The notes beneath the pieces are model-generated. The model made no database searches. It was not told the origin of the DNA and saw only the letters and a list, made by a program, of their open reading frames with translations. 64,000 nt of DNA, from NCBI GenBank assembly GCA_016217555.1, contig JACRHW010000023.1, positions 466 through 64,465 of the forward strand, given 5' to 3'. This document shows positions 19,901-28,804 of this stretch, piece after piece. Both the position numbers and the translations under genes were made by a program. The stretch is from Parcubacteria group bacterium. Lineage in GTDB: Bacteria > Patescibacteriota > Minisyncoccia > UBA6257 > JACRHW01. The first letter of the stretch is position 1. Each line of letters starts with the position of its first letter.

Positions 19901-20048
19901 AAATACAGCAACCACAAAAACATCCTTCCTTACCGAAGGGACACAGACAGCAACGCTTGTCGTAACCGATTCTGCGGGAGAGACAGAAACGATTACCAAA
20001 ACATTCAAAATCTCGAAACCATCGTTCCAGGAGACAGCGCCACAGTAG
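16979..20048 (+). pseudogene. Large surface protein B (paralog of A), split by a one-base frameshift near 17595-17599
   Basis: ORFs 16979-17617 and 17502-20048 align with consecutive parts of protein A; removing one C from the C5 run gives ITFTPQITIYKR, matching ITITPKIDIYKR. Confidence 0.85.
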
Positions 20049-20064
20049 AAATGTTGAAACCCAA

Positions 20065-20094
20065 AACAAACCCACGCAATTGCGTGGGTTTGTT
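20065..20094. terminator. Terminator-like hairpin after surface protein B
   Basis: AACAAACCCACGC-AATT-GCGTGGGTTTGTT, a covarying twin of 16843-16870. Confidence 0.7.
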
Positions 20095-20123
20095 GTTATG
20101 TATCATTTCCTACAATGGCTCAC

Positions 20124-20561
20124 TTATCTAAATCGTACAGAAATACTTACCTTATCTATCTCAGAACCGTCCTTTGCAGAATAATCAAAAACCTCAATTA
20201 TTCCTCTCCTACCCTTTGGAAAAATAGAGATGTGTAATTCAAATAAACCAAACTGTCCAACATCAGGTGCTCCCGACATTGCCCGATCCTCAGCAAGAAT
20301 TGTTCCATCCTCGTCCTTTACTCTATATTGAAATACACTCTCGAAGACACGCGCTTCCCCCTTTATGGTAAGGGGAGAGATCACGAACTGATTTGAATGG
20401 GGGCTAATTATAATTATGTTTCCCGAAGACGAAATGCTTTTTGGGTAGTTATTTCCATCCTCTACGATGGACGCATCCTCGTGATAGATAAAACGTAAAC
20501 CCGCAAAGACCACCAAAGAAATAATAGCCATGATTACTACTATATAAAAAATTCTCTTCAT
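20124..20561 (-). CDS. Gmad2 immunoglobulin-like domain protein, membrane-anchored
   Basis: N-terminal TM; SP..I.GEARVFE, G.F, SAKDGS motifs. Confidence 0.8.
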   Translation of the reverse strand: MKRIFYIVVIMAIISLVVFAGLRFIYHEDASIVEDGNNYPKSISSSGNIIIISPHSNQFVISPLTIKGEARVFESVFQYRVKDEDGTILAEDRAMSGAPDVGQFGLFELHISIFPKGRRGIIEVFDYSAKDGSEIDKVSISVRFR

Positions 20562-20565
20562 ACGG

Positions 20566-20922
20566 TTATTTTAACAAAGCAGAAAATGCCTTGAATGGCA
20601 TAAGCACACATTGCTCACGCGCAGAATTCACAGGAAATCCCAGCAATGTTAATGTTTTTTCCTCATCAAATTCAATTAGATTTTTTACCGACTTCCCTGT
20701 GAACTTTTTTGCAAGGAGAGACGCTGATAAACGAGACAAAAAACATCCGTACCCATCAAAACCTATGTTTTTAATAATCCCATCTTCAAGCAAAAAATAA
20801 AACATAAGCCCATCCCCACAGGACTCACTCACCTGTTTTATTTTCTTTGTATATTGAAAAGGTACCCCCTCGAATGGAAGTTTCCCAAGTTTATATTTTT
20901 CTAGATATCCTTGATACGTCAT
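20566..20922 (-). CDS. sufU: SufU/NifU-N-like Fe-S scaffold or sulfur acceptor
   Basis: SCGD, GYGCFLS.LSAS, REQC; overlaps sufS by ATGA. Confidence 0.82.
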   Translation of the reverse strand: MTYQGYLEKYKLGKLPFEGVPFQYTKKIKQVSESCGDGLMFYFLLEDGIIKNIGFDGYGCFLSRLSASLLAKKFTGKSVKNLIEFDEEKTLTLLGFPVNSAREQCVLMPFKAFSALLK

Positions 20923-22166
20923 AAGGAAAATATTTTTTTAATGTCGTTAAGCGCCTCAAAAAAAGCATCAATATCCTTTTCATCATTATATAATCCTAAA
21001 CTTATTCTAAGGCTTGCAGGAACTTTTAAAAAAGTGTGGAGTGGCATCGCGCAATGGTGCCCAGCACGCAAGGCAACACCCCTTTCGGCGAAAAGCGATG
21101 CTGCATCGTGTGGGTGTATCCCATTAGAAGCAAAGACACGCTGCGAGCCCTCGCGGCTTCTAACAGGATGTACTCCCTGAATATCAAACGCTACTACACC
21201 GATATTGCCCTCCCGTGGACTTAAAACTCTTGCAAACGAATATGTCTCGAATCTGCGAAATATCTCCTCCACAAGCGCATGTTCATGTTTCTGAATTGCA
21301 TCAAAGCCAATGCGTGTCACACAACGCACCGCTTCAGCTCCTCCAACAACTTCAGCAATAGGAGGTGTACCGGCCTCAAACACATGCGAAGAAGGGAGGT
21401 ACTTTGCATGAGTAAGACCCACCTCAGTTGCCATACCACCCCCCACCATAAATGGCTTCATTTCACACAAGCGACTCTCCTTTATATACAATATCCCAAG
21501 CCCAGTTGGTCCATACATTTTGTGCACCGAAAAAGAAAGAAAATCGCACTGAAGATGTTGTACATCGACGGGAATATGGGGAACCGCCTGCGCAGCATCT
21601 ACAATAAGCGCAATGTTCTTTTTACCAATACTCTCTTTTATTTTTTCTACCGGCACCACATACCCAAGCACGTTTGATACATAGGTAATACAGATGGCTT
21701 TTGTTCGAGAAATAATAAGTCCCTCAAGATCTTTGATATGTAATACTCCAAATCGATCTGGCTTCCAAAAACGTAATGTTAATTTTCTCTCCTTAGCGAG
21801 AAGCTGCCACGGAATAAAATTACTATGATGTTCAATCAAAGAAACCACAATCTCATCCCCCTCCTTACACTGTGTCCTTCCCCATGCATGCGCAACAAGG
21901 TTTAACCCCTCTGTTGCATTTTTTGTAAACACAATCTCCTCCTGTTGTGCATTAATAAACTTCGCGAATGTTTTCCGAGCATCTTCATAAAGTGCATCAG
22001 CCTTTTCTCCTAATCCATAAAAACCACGATGCACGTTTGCATTATCGTGAGTATAAAAATTATTCATCGCATCAATAACCACTCGTGGTTTTTGAGCAGT
22101 TGCAGCGTTGTCGAGATACACTAGATCCTTATTATTTTTAAATATAGGAAAATCGTTCTTATGCAT
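20919..22166 (-). CDS. sufS: SufS-type cysteine desulfurase with an 18-aa in-frame insert
   Basis: YLDNAATAQKP, EHHSN, DAAQ, SVHKMYGPTG, RAGHHCA. Confidence 0.95.
   Translation of the reverse strand: MHKNDFPIFKNNKDLVYLDNAATAQKPRVVIDAMNNFYTHDNANVHRGFYGLGEKADALYEDARKTFAKFINAQQEEIVFTKNATEGLNLVAHAWGRTQCKEGDEIVVSLIEHHSNFIPWQLLAKERKLTLRFWKPDRFGVLHIKDLEGLIISRTKAICITYVSNVLGYVVPVEKIKESIGKKNIALIVDAAQAVPHIPVDVQHLQCDFLSFSVHKMYGPTGLGILYIKESRLCEMKPFMVGGGMATEVGLTHAKYLPSSHVFEAGTPPIAEVVGGAEAVRCVTRIGFDAIQKHEHALVEEIFRRFETYSFARVLSPREGNIGVVAFDIQGVHPVRSREGSQRVFASNGIHPHDAASLFAERGVALRAGHHCAMPLHTFLKVPASLRISLGLYNDEKDIDAFFEALNDIKKIFSL
21119..21168 (-). repeat. Palindromic element inserted in frame in sufS
   Basis: TCCTGTTAGAAGC...GCTTCTAATGGGA hairpin on the coding strand; flanked by duplicated GVHP/GIHP codons. 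Confidence 0.75.
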
Positions 22167-22173
22167 ACATATC

Positions 22174-25100
22174 TTATTTTAACATCTCTCTTAGTGCACA
22201 ATATTCACACTCTTTATCACCACACCTCTTCTCCCAAAACAAGACATTAACGACATCGTGCGCCATAGCAATGATTTGTTCCTCAAGGAGAGCAACTTCA
22301 CTTGTATCAATGTTAAACTTCTCCTTCTTATAAATATCTCGCTCATTGGGTTCAAGAAAGTCTATTTCACCTGAAACCATATGATACTTCCCAGAATCGA
22401 AACGGTCGAGAAGAAGCTTATAAAACACCAACTGTCTCTTATAATCACCATTTGAGTCTTTAGTCAATCCTTCTATCTGGTTCCTAGACTTTGGTTTTCC
22501 TGTTTTATAGTCTACCACATTAACGTCGTTTCCCTGTCCCAATAATTCGATCTTATCAATACGTCCCACAAGACGAATAAGAGCCTCATCTTGTGGAGAT
22601 GTTAGCTCGACTCCTTCGACACGGAATTCATTTAAAACATTGGTATGCCACCCTTCTTTATAACATTCATAATAACCACGCAATGATTTTTCCCCCTTCT
22701 TGAGAAGATCGCTGAACTCTCGCTTCAAGAGAGGTTCTTTTTCTAAAAGCACCCCAAAGCGCTCAAGAAATGCATCCACAGAAATAGTTTCTCCACGCCT
22801 AAGGTGCTCGAATAGTGTGTGTAATGCACCGTGTGCTGCTATGCCATACATGAGGGGTTTTGTTTTTGCCTGTGGAATACGCAAAAGATCAGCATAAAAA
22901 TATTTCCAAGGACATTCAAGATAGCGATTAAGTCCCGTTGCCGAAATACCACGAATTTCAAAAAGATGACGCACAAACTCCTTATCATAGACAGACTCTG
23001 GTGTTGTAATGCGAGAGGCAAAAATAGACACCTTCTCTTCGGGTGAAGAAAAAACACCTCCTCTCTTATCTTCTTCCTCCACATGTTCCTTCTCTATCTC
23101 ACCTATAAACAAAGATGGCATCACGTCTGTTCCATTTTCATCTTGTGCCGAATAGCTTATAACAACCCCCTTCCTTGCTCTCGTGAGTGCTACATAAAAC
23201 AACCTGCGCTCATCATCGCTATCATTATCAACATCATCCGAATCCGGAGAACAAGAAACATCGAGTGGTAGTTTAAAATGCTCTTTTGTCTTTCTACCCC
23301 CCCAATGCCCATCAGACACACCAAAGATATATACATAATCAAACTCGAGTCCTTTTGCTTTATGTGCAGTCATACATTGCACCCCCACAACACGTGTAGT
23401 ATCTCCCCTACTCTTTAATCCAATACGATGACGCTCCATAAGCTCAAGATAGGCGATGCAATCAGAGAGCATAAATGAATCATGATTCCCCACCAAACGC
23501 TCTATCTCTTCGAATAACGCCATTACCTTACTCAAACGTTTTGTGGCATCAGGGCGACTAAGTAAATATCCCAAAAATCCAGATTCTCGGACAATAGTCT
23601 CAAACATAACATGTGCACCAACCTCTGCTGAGAGACCTCTCCATTGGGTAAGGGTCGCATAAAACCGCTCAATCGATTCGCGGGAATCAAGCATCAAAGC
23701 CCTGTCGCGCGAAAGAGAAGATAATATGGCGTACAATGAACATCGTGAAGAACTTGCTCGCTCAACAAGTCGATAAATATCAAAAGGATGGATACCTAAA
23801 AATGAAAGGTGTAGTGCTTTAAGCAGCCACTCATCCTCCCCAAAATAATGAACGGCCTTACATAACGTAATAAGTGCGATAATACTAGGATCCGCCAATA
23901 TACTTTGACCCGACTGAAGAGAAAAAGGAACTGCCGCCTTCTCGAGGGCACCCACAATAGGCACAGCATCTTTGTTGTCTCTATACAATATCGCTATTTC
24001 TTCCGGGGAGACACCATTCTTAATACGTTCTGCTATTTCTCGTGCGAGAAAAAAAAGCTCATCAGTACTCGTCCCAAAAGTACGTATTTTAATGCTCTCC
24101 CCAACAAACGAATCTACTGCTTTAAGTTCCCGACTTATCCCAGAAACTGATTCACCCATACCCCGGGCAAGACCATGTGCCGCATCAAGAATAACCTGCG
24201 TTGAACGATAATTCTCCTGAAGTGCAATCGCCTTAGCACTAGGATATTTTTTTAAAAAGTAAATAAAATTTTGAAGCGAAGCCCCTTGAAAACGAAAAAT
24301 TGCTTGCTTGTCATCACCTACAATAAAAATATTAGGGCTAGTGTCATAACTTGCAAGAAGCTCAAGAAGAGTATTCTGAGCATTATTTACGTCCTGATGC
24401 TCATCGGCAAGAATATAGTGATAACGCTCCTGAAGGGTAAGAAGAAGATCTGGATCAACTCTAAGCATTCGTACTACCTCCATGATCATGTCATTATAAT
24501 CATACAGTCGTCGATCTTTGAGCACACGTTCATATTCACCATACACACACCTCAACTCTTTGTTCTTCTCAATTGATTTTTCAAGCGTCTTATATTCAGA
24601 CTTCATCTTCCCCTCATGCACGCCCTTACTATGGTACAAGTCATCGATTGCCAAAAAACCCTTCTCTTCCTTTTCTACCCGTACCTCAAACTCCACTTCA
24701 TCGATTCCCTCACGCTTCAAATCGCTCAATGCCCTTACGATAGAATGCACATAATATAGTTCATCTCCATGAGGACGTAATATCTGAAGCGGAAGACTAA
24801 GCACCATCTCCTTAATAATTCCGAACTGCTCCGCCTCAGTAATATTCTTAGCGCCAATGATTCTCGGAAACGAATCGGGATATATCTGAATAAGATCATT
24901 ACAAAATCCATGGAATGTCGAAATTCGAACACGATATGCCGGAGCCCCTATAATCTCAAACAACCTCTTTCGCATATTTGCTGCAGCCGCCTCGGTAAAA
25001 GTAAGCGCGAGAATACTATCCGGCGCAATATCTGTTTTCCGCAAAATATTTGCAATACGAAGGGTAAGAATCTGTGTCTTCCCTGTCCCCGGTCCAGCAA

Positions 25101-25191
25101 GCACAACAACAGGACCGTCGATTGCATCAACCGCCTCTCGTTGTCTTGTATTTAATTTTTCATATAATTCCTCGAAGCTCTTTACTTCCAT
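22174..25191 (-). CDS. UvrD/PcrA-like SF1 helicase fused to a C-terminal PD-(D/E)XK nuclease (AdnA/B-like)
   Basis: AGPGTGKT, DEHQD, GDDKQAIFRF, NYRS, TAHKAKGLEF, YVALTRA; GRIDK..VDYKTG..QL..Y; four Cys (ECP...CGDKECEYC). Confidence 0.93.
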   Translation of the reverse strand: MEVKSFEELYEKLNTRQREAVDAIDGPVVVLAGPGTGKTQILTLRIANILRKTDIAPDSILALTFTEAAAANMRKRLFEIIGAPAYRVRISTFHGFCNDLIQIYPDSFPRIIGAKNITEAEQFGIIKEMVLSLPLQILRPHGDELYYVHSIVRALSDLKREGIDEVEFEVRVEKEEKGFLAIDDLYHSKGVHEGKMKSEYKTLEKSIEKNKELRCVYGEYERVLKDRRLYDYNDMIMEVVRMLRVDPDLLLTLQERYHYILADEHQDVNNAQNTLLELLASYDTSPNIFIVGDDKQAIFRFQGASLQNFIYFLKKYPSAKAIALQENYRSTQVILDAAHGLARGMGESVSGISRELKAVDSFVGESIKIRTFGTSTDELFFLAREIAERIKNGVSPEEIAILYRDNKDAVPIVGALEKAAVPFSLQSGQSILADPSIIALITLCKAVHYFGEDEWLLKALHLSFLGIHPFDIYRLVERASSSRCSLYAILSSLSRDRALMLDSRESIERFYATLTQWRGLSAEVGAHVMFETIVRESGFLGYLLSRPDATKRLSKVMALFEEIERLVGNHDSFMLSDCIAYLELMERHRIGLKSRGDTTRVVGVQCMTAHKAKGLEFDYVYIFGVSDGHWGGRKTKEHFKLPLDVSCSPDSDDVDNDSDDERRLFYVALTRARKGVVISYSAQDENGTDVMPSLFIGEIEKEHVEEEDKRGGVFSSPEEKVSIFASRITTPESVYDKEFVRHLFEIRGISATGLNRYLECPWKYFYADLLRIPQAKTKPLMYGIAAHGALHTLFEHLRRGETISVDAFLERFGVLLEKEPLLKREFSDLLKKGEKSLRGYYECYKEGWHTNVLNEFRVEGVELTSPQDEALIRLVGRIDKIELLGQGNDVNVVDYKTGKPKSRNQIEGLTKDSNGDYKRQLVFYKLLLDRFDSGKYHMVSGEIDFLEPNERDIYKKEKFNIDTSEVALLEEQIIAMAHDVVNVLFWEKRCGDKECEYCALREMLK

Positions 25192-25225
25192 ATTCTTACT
25201 ATATCAGAACATTGTTCACGATAAC

Positions 25226-25250
25226 AAAAAATCGGGCTTTCGCCCGATTT
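25226..25250 (-). terminator. Intrinsic terminator
   Basis: AAATCGGGC-TTTC-GCCCGATTT with an A-run on its left. Confidence 0.55.
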
Positions 25251-25365
25251 ACTCATATTGCTCATGATCTATAGTAGTATATTCTAAATAATTCTCTCCA
25301 ATAAAACGCTCATTTTTTGGTACATCAAAAACAAAAAAGAGAGGCTGTCCCCTCTTATATATCTA

Positions 25366-26289
25366 CTACACAAATACACACATTTGTTCTACTGCTTTTT
25401 CGATGCCAACATCCGACTCATTATTTGAAAGAAACACATAAGGAATATCGGATTGCAACGCCTCGGCATCCCATCTTTTGCAATCATCAATACGTCTCCG
25501 TATTGTGGCTTCATCGTCGCCTCGAGTATTAAGCCGTCTCCTTAGCTCATCTTCGGGTGGTGAAAGTACATAAAAGGAAACCACTCGGTGTTCGTAATCT
25601 CCAAATTCCGTAAGACGATTACAAAGAAGCGGTAATACCTCTGGAGTAAGGATCATAAGCCTGAGTCGAGAAGAACCAAATTGTGAAAAAGCATTAAAAA
25701 CAGCTTTCTTTGGTGTACCATACGTATTGCCATGGGCGGACACTATCCATAAGAAATCGGCATTACATTTTTCAAATCTCTCCTGAGAAACATTGTATGC
25801 GTATTCATTAGGAATATCAGTTGGTCTCGGTGAACGACTTGTGAAACTGGTAATCAAACATGAATCTTGCTCCCTCAAAAATCTTCTTATAATACTTGTC
25901 TTACCAACACCCGAAGCCCCCGTAATAGTCATAATTGCTGGCTTTGTCGCTTTTTTATATTCCGACAAACTTCTATACAAAATAGGCTGTCCCTGCACAA
26001 TAGCCTTACGAATACCAAGATGCATTCCTTTTGATACACCTCTGTTCACATACACAACCGTTGCATCAGCTTTTTCCTTCCACGCAAACCCCGCTTCAAT
26101 CCCCAACATTCTTTCTGTGGGAATCTTGTCATCAAGAACTCTCTCTTGGGTATAAAGAAGGTGGCTCGCAAAAGGCGCCTCACCACGAAGAAAACAATCA
26201 TGCATGCACAATCGTGCAAACCGTATATTCTCCTCTGTTCCTTCGTAATTATTTCCTTTGTATGGTGATTCGAGAATGACAAGTTTCAT
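25366..26289 (-). CDS. Fusion of a nucleoside 2-deoxyribosyltransferase-like (DUF4406/DUF7768-type) domain and a guanylate kinase-like domain
   Basis: VILESPY...RGEAPFASHLLY...LDD...ER..GI...S.GM; then GASGVGKT, TSRSPRP, GNTYGT, ELRRRL..RG; GGAGG SD. Confidence 0.8.
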   Translation of the reverse strand: MKLVILESPYKGNNYEGTEENIRFARLCMHDCFLRGEAPFASHLLYTQERVLDDKIPTERMLGIEAGFAWKEKADATVVYVNRGVSKGMHLGIRKAIVQGQPILYRSLSEYKKATKPAIMTITGASGVGKTSIIRRFLREQDSCLITSFTSRSPRPTDIPNEYAYNVSQERFEKCNADFLWIVSAHGNTYGTPKKAVFNAFSQFGSSRLRLMILTPEVLPLLCNRLTEFGDYEHRVVSFYVLSPPEDELRRRLNTRGDDEATIRRRIDDCKRWDAEALQSDIPYVFLSNNESDVGIEKAVEQMCVFV

Positions 26290-26390
26290 TATATATTCCT
26301 CCATTTTAAAAGTACTGCCACTAGTGTACGTAAAAACACTAGAACGCGCAAGACAACATGTTGCACCTCATCTCATCCACACTAAAAAAT

Positions 26391-27650
26391 CTATATCTCA
26401 AAATAGCCCTGAAAGATAAATTCTTTTGCGCGTTTTTCCAATTCGTCACGCCCAAAATATTCCGTAAAAATTTTGTTCCAGAGTGCCTCCTGTTGATGGT
26501 AGGTGTAGGTAATCATCTTTTCTTTTTGTACGAGAGACATTACGGTATCCACAAGATTAAAACTCACAAGCGTATCGTCCCCCTCTTCATTTGTGAAATA
26601 CTCCCCCACCCAATCAAGATTTTCCCAAAATCGCAACGTATGGTCGAGCGCAGGATACACCTCCCCCATACGCATCAAATCCTCTCCCGCACGCGCCCAG
26701 TGAAGTGCTTCGGGATTGATATGGGGTATTTTAAGACGCCAATCGTGAACACCACCCTTCACAAGATAACGTTGTATAACAAACCATGCTATTTTTTCAC
26801 CTTCGACATTATTTACTTTTTCTTCTTTAACGTCACCGCGTAATAAAGAAATAAGATGTTCAGAAAAATCTGCAGAAATCTCTGCGCTTTTTCGCACTAT
26901 ACCAGAATAAAAAGGAATTTCATGTAAATAGTGAAATACCATGCTTATCATCCTCAACAATTCCCCTGAAATACCCAGCTCTACAGGTAATACAAACACC
27001 ACTCCCAACTCCTTAAGATGACTTACGTTGTGCCACTTCTTTTTTACGAATGGCTCCGCAACTCCTCTCCATCGCTCGGAAAGAGTTTTAACCACAATAG
27101 TACGCTCCTCAAAATCATGTGGTGTAAGTTGCTCATATTGCTTGAAAAATATAGTATTAAGCCACTCCGCCCCTTCTACAAATCGCAATGCTGCATAAAG
27201 TTCAAAGAGGTCTTCTTTGGCAACCATCTCCTCCACCGCGGCATAGCCTAAATACGCCATGACTTTTGTGGGAGGTTCCTTAGAAAGAAATTCCTTTGCT
27301 TTTTCCTGCTTGATGAAAAACCCGCTACGAGCCGGAGCTACACGCAATACAGCCTCGAGAATTCGATCGCTATCATCTCTCTTAGACAAGGATGGTCTCC
27401 CAAAAAACTCAAAAATTTTATTGTCATCCGCTTCAACCCTTGAGATAAGCGCGTCGTAACATGCAGCTACCCCATCCTCACGCGCCATCTCAAGTTGCAA
27501 TAACCGATTGTCAACAAGAGTTTCCTGTTCCTCAAAAATACGTTCAATAACCCCAGACTTGCTGGTAACAAACGAAAGCCGTTTACTAATCGTTTCTACG
27601 AGAGCTACATCGACCCGTAATAATTTTGCAATTTTTTCCCGTGAAGACAT
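26391..27650 (-). CDS. Conserved hypothetical protein
   Basis: 419-aa ORF (KWHNVSHLKELG, HYLHE, PHINPEALHW, SFNLVD); no family recognised. Confidence 0.8.
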   Translation of the reverse strand: MSSREKIAKLLRVDVALVETISKRLSFVTSKSGVIERIFEEQETLVDNRLLQLEMAREDGVAACYDALISRVEADDNKIFEFFGRPSLSKRDDSDRILEAVLRVAPARSGFFIKQEKAKEFLSKEPPTKVMAYLGYAAVEEMVAKEDLFELYAALRFVEGAEWLNTIFFKQYEQLTPHDFEERTIVVKTLSERWRGVAEPFVKKKWHNVSHLKELGVVFVLPVELGISGELLRMISMVFHYLHEIPFYSGIVRKSAEISADFSEHLISLLRGDVKEEKVNNVEGEKIAWFVIQRYLVKGGVHDWRLKIPHINPEALHWARAGEDLMRMGEVYPALDHTLRFWENLDWVGEYFTNEEGDDTLVSFNLVDTVMSLVQKEKMITYTYHQQEALWNKIFTEYFGRDELEKRAKEFIFQGYFEI

Positions 27651-27737
27651 AAAAAAATAAAATACAAGAAATGTGACTTCATTATACAGTGCCCAAGAGA
27701 AAAATTAAAAGCCCCATTGGGGGCATAGTTACTAAAA

Positions 27738-28358
27738 CTACGGCTGTATGGAAACACCAGTAAGCCACTTGAAAACAGCGAACACAACAGGAAGAACGGG
27801 AAGCTTGATCAGCACAAAAATAATGAGCGGGAGAAGAACAATGCTATACATCTCAATTTTTGCACGCCACTCATCAGGAAGCCAAACAGTAAAAAGCCGA
27901 TGGCCATCAAGGGGTGGAATAGGAAGAAGATTAAAAATGCCGAGCAAGAGATTAATAAACGTAATAAGTGCAAGAACTTGAAGAAGGATCGGCATTGTAT
28001 CTAACAGGTTTGAAGAGGCAGAAAAACGGAGAACAAGCCCACAACCTATTGCAACGATAAAATTAACAATAACCCCACCGAGTGTCACACACAAAATACC
28101 TAACCGCTTGGGATATAAATTTTCCTCACAAAAAGGAACTGGTTTTGCCCACCCAAACAAAAACGGAGATTTCATAAGCAGGAGTATGGCGGGCACAACG
28201 ATTGAGCCTAAAGGGTCGATGTGTGCCAGTGGATTTAGTGTTAAACGCCCACGATCGCGAGCGGTCGTATCCCCAAACATCAGTGCAGCTACACCATGTC
28301 CCACCTCATGAATAATTATAGAAAAAATGAGAATAACAATAATCAAGAAAGCTGTCAT
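27738..28358 (-). CDS. M50 site-2 protease
   Basis: HEVGH, GRLTLNPLAHID, FGWAKPVP, FNLLPIPPLDG. Confidence 0.94.
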   Translation of the reverse strand: MTAFLIIVILIFSIIIHEVGHGVAALMFGDTTARDRGRLTLNPLAHIDPLGSIVVPAILLLMKSPFLFGWAKPVPFCEENLYPKRLGILCVTLGGVIVNFIVAIGCGLVLRFSASSNLLDTMPILLQVLALITFINLLLGIFNLLPIPPLDGHRLFTVWLPDEWRAKIEMYSIVLLPLIIFVLIKLPVLPVVFAVFKWLTGVSIQP

Positions 28359-28374
28359 TTTGATCTCCTCCTGT

Positions 28375-28407
28375 GGTTCGCCGAAGCTTTGTAGCGTAGG
28401 CGACCCC
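28375..28407 (+). repeat. REP-like palindrome
   Basis: TCGCC-GAAGCTTTGTAGCGTA-GGCGA stem with an inner GCT/AGC pair. Confidence 0.5.
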
Positions 28408-28425
28408 TTGTCGATGAACTAAAAC

Positions 28426-28450
28426 AAAAATAGCACGCGAGGTGCTATTT
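28426..28450 (-). terminator. Intrinsic terminator
   Basis: AAATAGCAC-GCGAG-GTGCTATTT, with a T-tract on the minus strand. Confidence 0.6.
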
Positions 28451-28467
28451 GTACAGACAGTATCATT

Positions 28468-28755
28468 TTAGTCCATTATTTGTTCTCCTTTCTTGTCACA
28501 ACATTGTTTCATCCCACCATCTCCACATCCCATCATATTCATGCAGCACTTTCTTTTTTTGAGTTTGAGCGGAGTGGCAAGGATGCCGAGCGCAAGTGTA
28601 TTCATCATCCAAAATATCGCATCATATCCAAACACCTCTCCGTTCCGAGCCGCAACCCATGCTAGGATCAAAGATACAAATCCAAGAAACCAAAGAAGAC
28701 CTCCCAACATTTTTACACACCCGCATGTTTGATGCCACGTATCACATTTCATCAT
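28468..28755 (-). CDS. Small Cys/Met-rich 2-TM protein
   Basis: 95 aa, two hydrophobic helices, Cys-rich termini. Confidence 0.7.
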   Translation of the reverse strand: MMKCDTWHQTCGCVKMLGGLLWFLGFVSLILAWVAARNGEVFGYDAIFWMMNTLALGILATPLKLKKRKCCMNMMGCGDGGMKQCCDKKGEQIMD

Positions 28756-28804
28756 ATAGTTACTATAATTAAAACTCCCTACTTCGACCTTTTACATTTT
28801 GAGT

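Noticed and set aside
16698-20051. Diversity-generating retroelement (TR/VR) explanation for the near-identical 3' ends
   Set aside because: The differences are mostly synonymous third positions and not confined to adenines of one copy, both copies are coding, and there is no reverse transcriptase in the window.
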